64,000 bases of DNA from NCBI RefSeq assembly GCF_018350175.1, contig NC_058383.1, positions 10,542,001 to 10,606,000 of the forward strand. The letters run 5' to 3'. The DNA comes from Felis catus. Taxonomy: Eukaryota. Below are positions 1-12,682 of the stretch, one piece after another. The first letter of the stretch is position 1. Each line of letters opens with the position of its first letter. Below the pieces are notes generated by a model. It was not told the DNA's origin and ran no database searches. It saw nothing but the letters and a program-made list of their open reading frames with translations. The position numbers and the translations under genes were made by a program.

Positions 1-1489
1 ACTCACACAGAGTTAGTGTGTCAGCTCTGCCGTGTATTTGCTGTATGATCTAGAGCAAGTGACTTCATCTCTCTGAGCCTTATTTTCCCCGAATGCGAGC
101 TAGAAACTCCTCTGTGGGGAGGATTAAATGAGATCTGTCTTGTAATTTTCTGTCGAAGATGGGACATCTTAGATAATGTATTTCAGGCTTCTGAGCTCCC
201 AGAGGTGCTGATTGTAGATTTCGTCATTATTGTAGTCTGGTTGGTCATTTGGTGACTTGCCTGGACTAGTTCTGTATGTTTTGTCTTCCCCGCAGTGTGG
301 GACAACCGAAGCCTCTGTTCAGTTTGCTTGCTTGTTTTGGTTCTTATTTTTGTTTTTAAACCAGCCTTCCTAGGGACCACTCCTGGCTCAGCACAGCTTA
401 GTGGCCAGTCATTAGTTGGTCAGAAGTTTTCCTTAAATACCTTGAAGGAGCGCCCTCTTTCTGCCCTTTGCCAACCGGACCTTAGAGTGTGGGCTGGGGA
501 ACACAAAAGTCAGGCAGGCTGCAAGTCTGACTTGGAGTTTACTTTCTGCCTCATAGGCCCTCGTGGTCAGCCAGGGATCCAGGGTTGAGTCCTCTCCTAC
601 ATGTACACGCAGCTCTTAGTGTGTGTGTGCTTCCGGATCCCCAGGAATACGCTGGTGCTTCCCAAAGTCCCCCATGGCTATCTTGTGCCCCAGATCTTCT
701 TAAAATTTTGGCTGGTCGCTTGCTTGTCCCAAATGGCATTGAAGCCTTAGGTGGCCATGACACTGGCCTTCCCCCAATGCTTTGCCACTAATTGATATTA
801 TTTTCAACATCACCTCTCAATTATGAATTTTTTTTTTTTTTTTGCAGAGCTCCGAAATCAGGTCAGCCCCTCCAGCAGCAGGAAGGCGGCCAATTCTCGT
901 GGCTACCGTGTCCTGGCCTTTGGGGGTGGGGGAAGGGAAACAGGAGTCACCTGGTAATACAATGTCACAGACGCCATTGGTATTACTGAGGCTGCCAAGT
1001 GTTTTGTTGAATTGCCTTTCAATTTGCTGTCTGCCTTTGGTTAACTTCCCGAGTGCTGAAATGGTTGTTTTTGATCATTTTACCCATTCTTACCATTGCT
1101 TTTTTGAGCCAAGACCTTTGCCAAGATCTTGCTTCCGTCACCTGCCCTCATTCCTCACTCCTTTGTATGAGTACAAGTTTCTTCTTCCTGAAGTACATCA
1201 TTAGCAATTCTTCCTGAAAGGATCTGGGAGAGACAAAATGCTTTTTTATACCTTTTTCTGAATTTTATTACTGTGGGAATCTACATGGACCTATTTTTCA
1301 TTGTTTAGGATTCACAGTGGTCCTCATTTCTTGAGAATCATGGTTCAACAATTCCAGCAAACCCTTAGCCATTCTATCTTGGGCTATTACCTCTACCTCA
1401 TCTCTCTGAACTATACTCTTTCCGGAAACTCTATTAGATAGATGTTGAATATTCTGGTTCTATTGTCTGTGTCTTCTAACTTCTTTTTC

Positions 1490-1724
1490 TTTTTTTTTTT
1501 TAATTAAAAAAAAAATCTTTTTAATGTTTATTTAGTCTTGAGTCAGAGAGAGACAGAGCATGAATGGGGAGGGTCGGAGAGAGAGGGAGACACAGAATCT
1601 GAAGCAGGCTCCAGGCTCCGAGCTGTCAGCACAGAGCCCAACACGGGGCTCGAACTCACAGACTGTGATATCATGACCTGAGCCGAGGTAAGACAATTAA
1701 CCGACTGAGCCACTCAGGTGCCCC
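1490..1724 (-). mobile_element. CAN-SINE (felid type)
   Basis: tRNA-derived head, (CT)n and A-tail; TSD ctaacttctttttc. Confidence 0.9.
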
Positions 1725-3035
1725 TCCTAACTTCTTTTTCATATTTCTTTCATCATTTCAGCTCTCTGTACTTGTTGAAATCTCGTATTACCGTTCTCTG
1801 ATCCTCTCTTCTACGGTGTTCAGTCTGCTGTTCAATCCATGTTTTGAGGGCTTTATTATGATCTTTGTTTTAATTACTACATTTTTCATTTTTAGAAACT
1901 CTACTTGGTTCTTTGTCATATACAAAGGATTTTTTTAAATAAAGATTTTATTTTTAAGCAATCTCTATACCCAATGTGGGTCTAGAGCTCACAACCCAGA
2001 GACCGAGAGTCATGTGCCCATCAACTGAGCCAGCCAGACACCCCTCCACGGAGTTTTAGGGTGTTTATTTTCTTATAGTTTGGATTTCTTATTTTACATC
2101 TTTAACCATAATCAATATATTGAATTTTATGCTCCCTTTCATTTTATTGTATAATCTCAAGATGGGGTGTTCCAGTTGTCCTAATTGCTGTGCCTTTGAG
2201 TCTTATTTTTTAAGTTTTTATTTCTTTATTGGGGGGGGAGGGGAGAGAGCAGGGGCGGGAAAGAGAAGGAGAGAGAGAATCCCAAGCAGGCTCTGCGTTG
2301 TCAGCACAGAGCCCGTTGCCGGACTCACCTTATGAACTGGGAGCTCATCACCTGAGTCGAAATCAAGAGTCAGACACTCAACCAACTGAGTCACCAAGAT
2401 GCCTCCTTTGAGTCTTACTTGTGGAATATGTATCTCCTCAAGGGCTCTGACATTTCTTAACTGTAAACTCATCATTTGTGTTTGCTTTTTGTTTTAAGAA
2501 CCCCTTATAGTCTGGGGGCATACCTTTAGGGCTCCTCCCTACCCCCATTCTCACTTTTTTCTTCTTCTTCTTCAGGAGCATCTTTGTTTCTGTTGATTTC
2601 TTGGCTTGCAAGTTACTGAGCCATTCCTGCGGAGTGATCTGGAATCCCACGCAAGTGTGAAACTAGGTCAGGGGCTTTGAATTCTCAGGCTGAGGCAGAC
2701 AAATTTGCTTATCACCCTCCGGTAGACACATTACCTCTAGTTGGCCCTTTAATGGACAGTGGCTTTTCAAGGGTCAACTTTACAGGACTCTTGGGTAAAA
2801 TTTCCATTTTAGGTGGGTCCGGGCCATATTTAGCCAAAAAAATTTGTTTATGTATATAAACAAATGCATATATCTGTCTGCTCATATACATACATACACA
2901 CATACATACATATATACATACATAAATGGGCATCCTATATTATTTTTTTCTGGCAACCCTAATCCAGGGCCTCATCTCCTGTCATTCCTGGCTACCAACC
3001 TTCACTGACACCTAAGGGAAGACACATTATCAACT

Positions 3036-3777
3036 GGATGAGGTTTTGGGGTGATGGTGGGGTTCGGAGCTGCCGGCCAAGAAAGAACTCTTGAAGGCGT
3101 CTTTGGTGCAAAAAGGTGATTTTATTAAAGCACAGAGCTGGGGGGCGCCTGGGTGGCTCAGTCGGTTAAGCGTCCGACTTCGGCTCAGGTCATGATCTCA
3201 TGGTTCGTGAGGTGGAGCCCCACGTTGGGCTCTGTGCTGACAGCTCAGAGCCTAGAGCCTGTTTCGGATTCTGTGTCTCCCTCTCTCTCTGCCCCTCCCC
3301 AGCTTGCACTCTGTCTTTCTCTTTTTCTCAAAAATATATTAATAAAATAAAATGAAAAAGTTAAAGCATGGTACAGGGCCTGTGGGCAGAAAGAGCTGCA
3401 CTGGGGTTGTGAAGAGGGGCTCCTTAGATACTACGGGGCTGGGGGAGGTAAAGTCAAAAGGGAAGATTCCAAAGAGATTTTCATAGGCTAAAGACTCACA
3501 GATTACTGCAGGCTTAGCTATGGTCAGCTAAGGTTTTCGTTCCCTCTTAAGACAATAAGTAGGGAGTTCCTGGACTTTAGGCTATTGATGGGATTGCCTT
3601 TTTCTTGTAAACTGGTGGAGACTCTTATCAGTTTAACCATTTGCTTTTTGTCCTTTCCTGTTTTGGGGTAGCCAGGGAGTGTCCAAGGAATATCCTACAT
3701 GAACCACCTTGAAAGGGGGGGGGGGCGGGGTGCTAGCTTGAACTTTGCTCTCAGCCTGTGGTTATGCTCCCTCATCA
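3036..3777 (-). mobile_element. Solo ERV LTR (ERV1-like), interrupted by a SINE at about 3141-3360
   Basis: Termini (g)gatgagg...cctcatca; 4-bp direct repeat AACT at 3032-3035 and 3778-3781; AATAAA on the minus strand at 3121-3126. Confidence 0.7.
3141..3360 (+). mobile_element. CAN-SINE inside the LTR
   Basis: ggggcgcctgggtggctcagtcggttaagcgtccgacttcggctcagg... Confidence 0.9.
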
Positions 3778-4348
3778 AACTCACTGGCTGTCATCTACCC
3801 TATTTAGTGTCCTCTTTGTTCCTAGGCTCCTGGGATTTCTCTTCCATGGGGGCTCAGCTGTGCATCTAAAATAAAATTTTAAAATTTTATGGAACATTTC
3901 AGAGAATTTCACGAGCAGGGTTTTCCAGTTATCTTAGCCTGCCAAATCGGAGACATATGGAGAGGTTTTTCAGAACAAGCTTTCATAGCCCCTCTTGTCC
4001 TGCCAAAATTCTGATACAGCTTGCTAGGGAGTATGGCAAAATCCGAGTGGAGCTGGGGCCAGAAACGGGGTGGAGGTGGGGATCATTCCTGTGTAGTCTA
4101 AAAACACCACAAGGGCGCCTGGGTGGCTCAGTCGCTTAAGCATCCAACTTCAGCTCAGGTCATGATCTCACAGTTCATGAGTTCAAGCCCCACATTGGGC
4201 TCTGCACTGCCCTGACAGTACGGAGCCTGCTTGGGATTCTCTCTCCCTCTCTCTCTGCTCCTCCCTGACTTGTAATTGCTCAATAAAAGGTCATTTTCCC
4301 TTCCCCTAAAACAGGAAGGAGTCGCTCCCTATGGCCCCATAGCCTGGG

Positions 4349-4649
4349 CAGACTCACCCCAGGGTGTGGACCACGGGCGTTCCACAGCCCCGTCCACGGC
4401 TCTGAGCACCTTGATGGAGGTCAAGTGGGAAGCTTGTGGGTTGGCCTACATTCCATTCTGTGGATGTGGACCCACAAGTGTTGGATGAATGGGCCAGTCT
4501 GCCTGGAGGACAGGCCCTAGGGGGTGCCCCAGGGTTCTGTATTAGGCCCCACCTATTTATCTGTTGAGGGTGTGGCACAGAGTTGAGAAGGATTAGGAAC
4601 ACCTTGAGTGACAGTCATGACCAGGACCCCTGTGGTCTCTTCTGCCCCT
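4349..4649 (-). repeat. Inverted repeat, left arm (core)
   Basis: Reverse complement matches 12033-12334 with 4 substitutions and 1 indel on manual comparison. Confidence 0.97.
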
Positions 4650-5134
4650 CCTGCCTCCCCCATCTGTCCTCAGACTCTCAGACTCTCCCTGGAGGGCTCC
4701 TCCTCCAACAGAGCTGCCCACCCCGGGGACCTCAGCTCCCTGTGTCCAAGTCTCCAGCCCAGACATGGACTCCCCTTCCCCAGCATCCTGCCCTTCTTCT
4801 GTGACTCCGCCTCCAGAGTGTCTTCCTCACCCACCAGCTGCCCACACTGGATACCTGGGAGGCGCTTTGGACTCTGCCCTCCCCCTTCTGAATCTGGTCA
4901 GTCACCAAGTCTCCTGGATAGAGTCCGCCCCTGGGCACCTCTGCAGTCAGGCCTCCCCACCGCCCTCTGGGTTGTCACACCTCCCCACTCACCCGAGGAT
5001 GGCGGCCCCTGAACCCGAACAGGGCCTCAGTCTTGCTTTGTCTGCTTCCGACAGTGTTCTGTTTTGCTTCTGTTTTTAAATGGGTCAACGCTCTAAACCA
5101 GATTTCTCATGCAAAAAAAGGATTTTGGATGCTC

Positions 5135-5359
5135 TTTTTTAAATGTTTTAAAATGCTTATTTATTTTTGAGAGAGAGCGAGTGAGCGAGCATGAGCGGGG
5201 GAGGGGCAGAGAGAGAGGGAGACAGAATCCGAAGCAGCTCCAGGATCCGAGCTGTCAGCACAGAACCCGACGCGGGACTAGAGCTCCCGAACCAGGAGAT
5301 CATGACCTGAGCCAAAATCAAGAGTCAGACGCTCAACTGACTGAGCCACCCAGGCGCCC
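5135..5359 (-). mobile_element. CAN-SINE
   Basis: TSD tggatgctctt on both sides. Confidence 0.88.
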
Positions 5360-6279
5360 ATGGATGCTCTTGCGAAGTTCTCTTCTGTTTCCAGGGGGCA
5401 GCTGTTCCCTTCAGAGGGGACTCCTGTCTCCCCTGATGATCAGAGACCCCCACCAGGCTGCCCTGCCCCTCGGCACTTGACGCTAAGGCTCCTCTTTCCC
5501 CTCACTGCTCCCAGCTGATATGCCAGCGTTGTTCACGCCATTTGGTGGCTTGCTCGAGTCCTAGACAAAATCAGCTTCCTTAACCTGGCACTCAAGGCCC
5601 TTCCTCATGCCACTCAGGCCGCCTCTCCAGCCTCACCCCAGTTCTTCTGCAAGCCTACACGGACCCCAGAAATCCCGAGCACCCCTGCCTTCCCGGGGCC
5701 TTTCTGCACTTCAGCTGGGCTTTTGGTTCTCCTTAGTTCACAAATGGCTGTACACAAAGTGAGTCCAAGGAGTATAAAACTGTGCCCCAATGGGCCATCT
5801 TTGAGACTTCCCCCAAACGTTTTATTACGATAAACTTCAAATATTAAGAAAAGTTGAAATAATGGGTTCATGAGCCCCTTACGCCCACCATCTATATTCA
5901 AAGATTGTTAACATTTACTCGCGTGTGTATACGGCTGGTTGGCTGGATTTGCTGAAACCTTTCAAAACTGATTCCCAAGCATTGTAACATTTCACTTCCT
6001 GAACACATTGAATACTTCAACATGCATCACCTAAAACCACACCCCCTCCAAAACCACAATCCCATTATCAGACTCAAGAAAATGAATAATCACTCCCGGT
6101 ATGATCTAATATCTAGTTCACAGTTAAGTTTCCTCAATAATCTCAGAAGAGTATTTTATAGCTGTTGTGTTGTGTTGGCCACATTAGTAACCAAGTACCC
6201 TATGGCTACTTCCTGTTGGGTCTCTCTATTCTGTTGCTCTGAAACATGGCCGCCACCAATCCTTCTCAACCTGACTTAA

Positions 6280-6690
6280 TTAAAAAAAAATTTTTTTAGT
6301 TTGTTTGTTTACTTATTTAGAGACCAGGGGAGGGGCAGAGAGAGAGGGAGAATCCCAAGCAGGCTCCACTCTGTCAGCACAGAGCCCAATGCGGGACTCA
6401 AACCCACGAACCTTGAGATCATGACCTGAGCCGAAGTCAAGAGTCAGATGCTTAACTGACTGAGCCACTGAGGTGCCCCCCCCCCTTTTTTTTAATGTTT
6501 ATTTATTTTGAGAGAGAGAGAGAGAGAGAGAGCATGAGAGGGGCAGAGAGAGAGAGAGAGAAAGAGAATCCCTAGCAGGCTCCACCCTGTCAGCACAGAG
6601 CCCCATGGGGGGCTCGAACTCATGAACCAGGAGATCATGACCTGAGCCAAAACCAAGAATCAGATGCTCAACTAAGATGCCCAGGTACCC
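6280..6690 (-). mobile_element. Two adjacent CAN-SINEs
   Basis: Two heads (...tgagccactgaggtgcccc and ...cccaggtacccc), each with its own tail. Confidence 0.85.
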
Positions 6691-7161
6691 CCCAGCACAC
6701 ACTTTTTCATGGACACACACTCCTCTGGTCCCTTGCTTCTTTCCATCCCATAATCTCAGAGATGACATCATTCCCATAGATGAGATGCTTTCTCATCCCA
6801 TTTCTGCAACTGTTTTTTAAGTAAAATATACATACATGAGTGCTCATATCATAAGAGAAAGGCATTGTGCTGCCCTCCATGTAACTACCATCCTGACCTC
6901 TAACATTACAGTTTTGCCTGCTTTTGTACTTCTATAGACAGGGCTCAGGGTATTTTGTCTTCTGTGTCTAGTTTCTTTTCCCCTCCATTACGTCTGTGAA
7001 ATTCACCCATGTTGTACAGTTGCAACTGATTCCTCCTCTCTTCTGTGAGCTACTCCATTGAATGAATACGCGACCATTTATTTATCCATTCTACTGTGGA
7101 TGGGCATCTGGGCAGGTTCCAAGGCTTCATTATAACTAACAGTGCTGCCTTGAACGTTCTA

Positions 7162-7634
7162 CAGACAGGCCCGACTCGGGGTTTTTCAATTTTATGATGG
7201 TGTGAGAGCAGTGTGCATTCAGTAGACGCGGTACTTGGAATTTAGAATTTGGATCTTTTCCCGGTCTAGCGACGTGTAGGATGGTCCTCTCTCGTGACAC
7301 TGGGAGGTGGCAGCTTCCCATCAGCCACGCAATCATGAGGGTGAATGACCGATGTACAGTCAACCCTCCTGTGCCCAGGGAGGCATTCTGCTTCTCACTG
7401 TCTGAACAGCATTCAGGATGTCACAGGAGTCAATGCGTCATTATAAAACAGGCTTTGTGTTAGATGATTTTTGTCCAAGTATGGGCGAATGTAAGTGTTC
7501 TGAGCACGTTTAAAGTCCGCTAGGCTAAGCTACGATGTAGGTTAGATATATTACATGCGTTTTCCACTTTAAGTGGAAAACATACAATGGGTTGATCAGG
7601 ACGTAATCCTGTAGTAAGTCAAGGAAGATCTTTG
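7162..7634 (-). mobile_element. TcMar-Tigger non-autonomous DNA transposon (MER47/Tigger5-like)
   Basis: TA-flanked; degenerate TIRs cagacaggcccgact.../...gtaagtcaaggaagatct; internal gtaagtgttctgagcacgtttaa...taggctaagctacgatgt. Confidence 0.7.
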
Positions 7635-7754
7635 TATAGGTGTTTCGATGAACAAAAGTCTGTTAAGCATTTCTGATTAATCTTAGCTCAGAGTGGATCC
7701 CCCATTCGATTTTAGGGCTGCACAGTACACCAGCGTGTGGATGAACCCTGATTT

Positions 7755-8222
7755 GTTATTTTTTTATTTTTTTAACATTTATTTATTTTTGAGACAGAGA
7801 GAGAGAGAACATGAACAGGGAGGGTCAGAGGAAGAGGGAGACACAGAATCTGAAACAGGCTCCAGGCTCTGAGCTGTCAGCACAGAGTCCGATGCGGGGA
7901 TCGAACCCACAGACCGCGAGATCATGACCTGAGCTGAAGTCAGACGCTTAACCGACTGAGCCACCCAGGCGCCCCATGATGAACCCTAATTTGTTATTTT
8001 TTTATTTTTTATTTTTTTAACATTTATTTATGTTTGAGACAGAGAGAGAGAGAGAACATGAATAGGGAGGGTCAGAGGAAGAGGGAGACACAGAATCTGA
8101 AACAGGTTCCAGGCGCTGAGCTGTCAGCACAGAGCCCGACGTGGGGCTCGAACCCACGGACCACGAGATCATGACCTGAGCCGAAGTCGGATGCTTAACC
8201 AACTGAGCCACCCAGGCGCACC
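7755..8222 (-). mobile_element. Tandem CAN-SINE dimer (7755-7975, 7993-8222)
   Basis: Near-identical copies separated and flanked by gatgaaccct(a/g)attt. Confidence 0.93.
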
Positions 8223-9889
8223 ATGATGAACCCTAATTTAGAGACACTGAAATTGCTTCCAACTCTTTCGCTGAAATAATTGTGTACATATACCATTTCC
8301 TACAAACATGAATGTATCTGAATGTTAAATATTAGAGGTGGGGGGGGCGTCTGGGCGCTCAGTCGGTTACGCGTCGGACCCTTGATTCTGGCTCAGGTCA
8401 TGATCTCACAGTTCATGAGTTTGAGCCCCGTGTTGGGCTCTGTGCTGACAGTGCAGAGCCTGCTTGGGATTCTCTCTGTCCCTCCCTTGCACACACTCTC
8501 TCTCTCTTTCTCTCACTCAAAACTAAGCAAACGTTAAAAAAAAAACACTAGAGGTGGAATTGCTGTGTCTTAGGGTTCTGTAGAAGGTTTGTTCCATCAC
8601 TAAAATACAATCTAAAACTACTCTGCTAATCTAATCTTTTCTCCCAGTGGTTCTCAATAGAGGCACCCTTAGTATTTGAGCCAGTCCAAAGAATCAAATT
8701 CCCTAGGGACGCCTGGGTGGCTCAGTCAGTTAAGCATCTGACTCTTGGTTTTGGCTCAGGTCATGATCTCATGGTTTGTGAGTTCGAGCTCCATATCGGG
8801 AGGCTGCCTGGGATTCTCTCTACCCCTCCCCTGCTTGTGCTCTCTCTGCCTCTCTCAAAATAAATAATTAAACTTTAAATAATTTAAAAAAAAAAGAATA
8901 AGATGCACTATATGTCAACTGCACTCCCTAAGTCATTGAGTGACTGAAGAAAAAAAAAAAAAGAAGGAAAAAAAGCATCCACGTTTTCCCCCAGCTGGGA
9001 AGAGTGTACTTCCCTATTGTGGACCGTTGTTATAACCAAGCTAAAAACTGCCTCATCAGTACTCTTGATTCCTTCTCTGTCTGTTGGAATACCACCAGTG
9101 ATGGGGATCTCACTACCTCACACAGCAGTGCCTCTATTTTCAGGCAGCTTTTGTCACTGTCCAGTCACTCCTTGTCTTGTACCTTTCAGCTATTGCCCAA
9201 GTCCAGTCCTCCCAGCATGCCTCTCTGCAGCCTCCGGAGTTTTCCCTTCTCCTGGCTAAAAATCCCCAGGTCTTCCTCATTCTACACACAGGGCGTGGTC
9301 TCCAGACTTCTCAGTGCACTGGGAACGGGTGGCATTTTATTTCTCTACCTCTAAAACTAAACTGCTCAGAGCTGATACGCCCCCCCCCCTCCCCGACCAG
9401 TCAGAAGCATGCACTTTACTTGACTTGGCCTTTATTGAGTCAAACTTATGTGGTTTCTAGCGATGGAAACCAACTCAAACTGGCTTAAGAAAAATAAGGC
9501 AAAACAAAAATCAAATTCAGTGGCTCACTAAGGAGCTCCAGCTTAGCAACCCCAGGAAGGGAAGCTTTGCCTCCCTGCACTCAGGCATCAATGGCGAGGA
9601 AGGGTACTGATTGACCTGCTGGGTCACGTGCAAGCCGCCTGGATTGATTGCTGTCCCCAGGAGGCTGGGTACCATGCTTGTCCAAGCCTGGATCCTGTGT
9701 CCTTTCTCGCTTACAGTGGTAAATGGGAGATGCAAGAGACACTGTGATTCTGACAGGGTAACACCAGTGGATGTCTGTTACATTGCCTTTAAAGGTGGGT
9801 GACATTTGCTTCCGGGGGTGCGGAGCTCACTGCGTCTCAGAACAACTTTCACAGGCGAGTACAAATTCCACATCAGCACAGTCTATTTT

Positions 9890-10113
9890 TATTTTTATTA
9901 AAAAACTTTGTTTTAATGTTTATTTATTTTTGAAAGAGAGACAGAGCGCGAACAGGGGAGGGTCAGAGAGAGAAGGAGACACAGAATCGGAAGCAGGCTC
10001 CAGGCTCCGAGCTGTCAGCACAGAGCCGGATGCGGGGCTCCAACTCAAGAGCCGTGAGATCATGACCTGAGCAGAAGTCGGACGTCCAACCGACTGAGCC
10101 ACCCAGGCGCCCC
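9890..10113 (-). mobile_element. CAN-SINE
   Basis: TSD ccacatcagcacagt. Confidence 0.9.
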
Positions 10114-12032
10114 CACATCAGCACAGTTTAAAGCCAAGTCTCACTTACCTAGAAGTAATGCTACTAGCTTTAAAAAAAAATTCATTTATTCAGCAAGCAT
10201 GAGCTGCATACCCATTTGCCTGCAGGAGGGTAGGTGGACGGGGTAGAAGCGAACCCCACGTGGCCCTGGGACTGGAGGACCCATGGCACAGTGGGGGAAG
10301 CCAGACATGCCAATAGACTGTGCTGAGGAATCCGTGCTGTGAGAGGCTCCCTGGAGGCGGCGGCATTCGCAGTGAGCATAGAAAAGGAGTGGGCGGTTGT
10401 CTGGTGGGCATGTGGGAGCAGTGGGGACCGAGAGGGAAAGACATTCTGGGAAGAGGGAACGGCACATGCAAAGGCACAGAGGTGAGCAAGGACTTGGGAG
10501 TGCCTGGCAGTGTAGGAGGATTCAGTGTCCGGGACAGGCTGGGGCTGGTCAGCACCCGATGGTGACCTCCAACCAACCTCCAACCAAACTCCAACCAAGT
10601 GTGGTGATGATGCCTGTGGCCCCAGAGTCGCCAAGCTCCCTGGATTTTACAATACAAATAGTCAATCAGATCCCGGGCCTCGGGGACTCAGGAAGTTCAG
10701 TGTCTCCCCCACCAAACGCCCCTGAGGTCTCCCAGGGAGGGGTTCCAGCTCAACCTCTTCCGTCACCACTCGCCTGACTTGCTCCTTCCCATAATCTTGT
10801 CCCTCTCCCTATTTTTTCCCGGCTCTCTGATCCTCTTTACCCCCCAAGATGTGGACCTCCCCAAGACGTCTACCCAAGGCTTGAGCTGTGAGAGCAGAAT
10901 TCCAGTGCAAGAAAGGAAAACTGGAAATGGGTACGGAAGGTCTCTCCCTGGCATGGACTCAACCCTCATCCTGTACCCTTCAGGACCCCATCCCTCAGCA
11001 CCCTTCAAACCCTCCCTTCCCTTTGATCTCAGCTCGTTGCTAGAAAAACAAATTTAGAGGGGCGCCTGGGTGGCCGAGTTGGTTTAGTGTCTGACTCTTG
11101 ATTTTGGCTCAGGTCATGATCGCAGCGTGAGTTGGAGCCCCGCGTCAGGCTCTGCGCTGACAGCATGGAGCCTGCTTGAGATTCTCTGTCTCCCTCCCTT
11201 GTACCCTCCCCTGCGTGGGCTCTCTCTCTCTCTCTCTCTCCAAAATAAAAACATTTTAATTTTTTTAATGTTTATTTATTTTTGAGAGAGACAGAGTGCG
11301 GGGGGGAGGGGTGCAAAGAGAGAGGGAGACACAGAATCTGAAGCAGTCCCAGGAATGAGCTCTGTCTCCAGCCTGGTGCCCCTGGGAAGCTAGTGGGGGG
11401 AGTTTCAAGGTAGCACTGTGGCCCACAATGCTGCCAGAGGTTCACGGATCCCCACTAAGGCTCTATTATACTCCCTGTTACTACTCAGGAGCCTCGTCCT
11501 CAGATGGCTGTGGCTGACCCAAGCATCACAGCCTTCCTGTGCCCACAGAGCCTGCAGAGAACGGACAAGATTAGCCGTGCCCTCCAGGCACTTGCTGTTT
11601 GGCAGGTCACACAGAAATCCCTAAGGCTCTTGAGGAAAGGTGTTCCCAGTGTCGAAGGACAGCCATTGCCCTGGGGAAGGGGAATTTGGTGGCTTGAATC
11701 CAGGGCGTGGGGGAGACAAACCTCACTGTATACTCATGGATGGATTTTGAATCTTGCCTACTGTGCACATAAAGTTTACTTTCATAAACGTTTTATCTAT
11801 GTGAACTTGGACACATACGTATGTACACTTTTGTATCAGAAGAGTAAGCACGTCAAGAGTGGGGAGTATAGAAGCTGGGCGTCGGGGGAATCACCAGATG
11901 TGTGAGGCTGTAACGGAGGCCCCGGGGTGGGCAGTCCTGCCAGGGGAGGGGCCCTCCAGGGAGAGTCTGAGGGTCAGGAAAGGGCTGAGGACAGAATAGG
12001 GGGCGGGGTGAAGACAGCAAGCCACGGTTTTA

Positions 12033-12334
12033 AGGGGCAGAAGAGACCACAGGGGTCCTGGTCATGACTGTCACTCAAGGTGTTCCTAATCCTTCTCAAC
12101 TCTGTGCCACACCCTCAACAGATAAATAGGTGGGGCCTAATACAGAACCCCGGGGCACCCCCTAGGGCCTGTCCTCCAGGCAGACTGGCCCATTCATCCA
12201 GCACTTGTGGGTCCAAATCCACAGAATGGAATCTAGGCCAACCCACAAGCTTCCCACTTGACCTCCATCAAGGTGCTCAGAGCCGTGGACCGGGGCTGTG
12301 GAACGCCCGTGGTCCACACCCTGGGGTGAGTCTG
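12033..12334 (+). repeat. Inverted repeat, right arm (core)
   Basis: aggggcagaagagaccacagggg...ctggggtgagtctg is the reverse complement of 4349-4649. Confidence 0.97.
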
Positions 12335-12489
12335 ACCCGAGCCTGCCAAGCTCATGGGGCTTTAATGAGTTCATCCTTCCTTTCTAAGGCCAGACTGTCC
12401 AATGTGGGAGTGTCCAATTGTGTGAGTGACTGTCCAATGTGGGCTATTTAAATTTCAGTGCCAATTAATTAAAATTAAATGAAAATTAA

Positions 12490-12680
12490 GGGCGTCTGGG
12501 TGGCTCGGTCAGTTGAGCATCCGAGCCTTGATTTCAGCTCAGGTCATGATATCACAGTTCATGGGACCGAGCCCCAAGTGGGCTCTGTGCTGTCAACGTG
12601 GAGCCTACTTAGGATTCTCTCTCCCTCTCTCCATGCCCCTCCCACACTCCCTCTCTCTCTCTCAAATACGTAAAAAACAT
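12490..12680 (+). mobile_element. CAN-SINE directly upstream of the L1
   Basis: gggcgtctgggtggctcgg...ctctctcaaatacgtaaaaaacat. Confidence 0.88.
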
Positions 12681-12682
12681 AA

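Noticed and set aside
3153..10102. Recurrent MAQSVKRPTSAQVMIS-type ORFs as a gene family or CRISPR-like array
   Set aside because: They are translations of dispersed CAN-SINEs, with no regular repeat-spacer structure.
12080..12451. Twin ORFs MFLILLNSVPHPQQINRWG... (12080+ and 4354-4602 minus) as duplicated protein genes
   Set aside because: They start at GTG, diverge by a frameshift and resemble no protein I know; the similarity just reflects the DNA inverted repeat.
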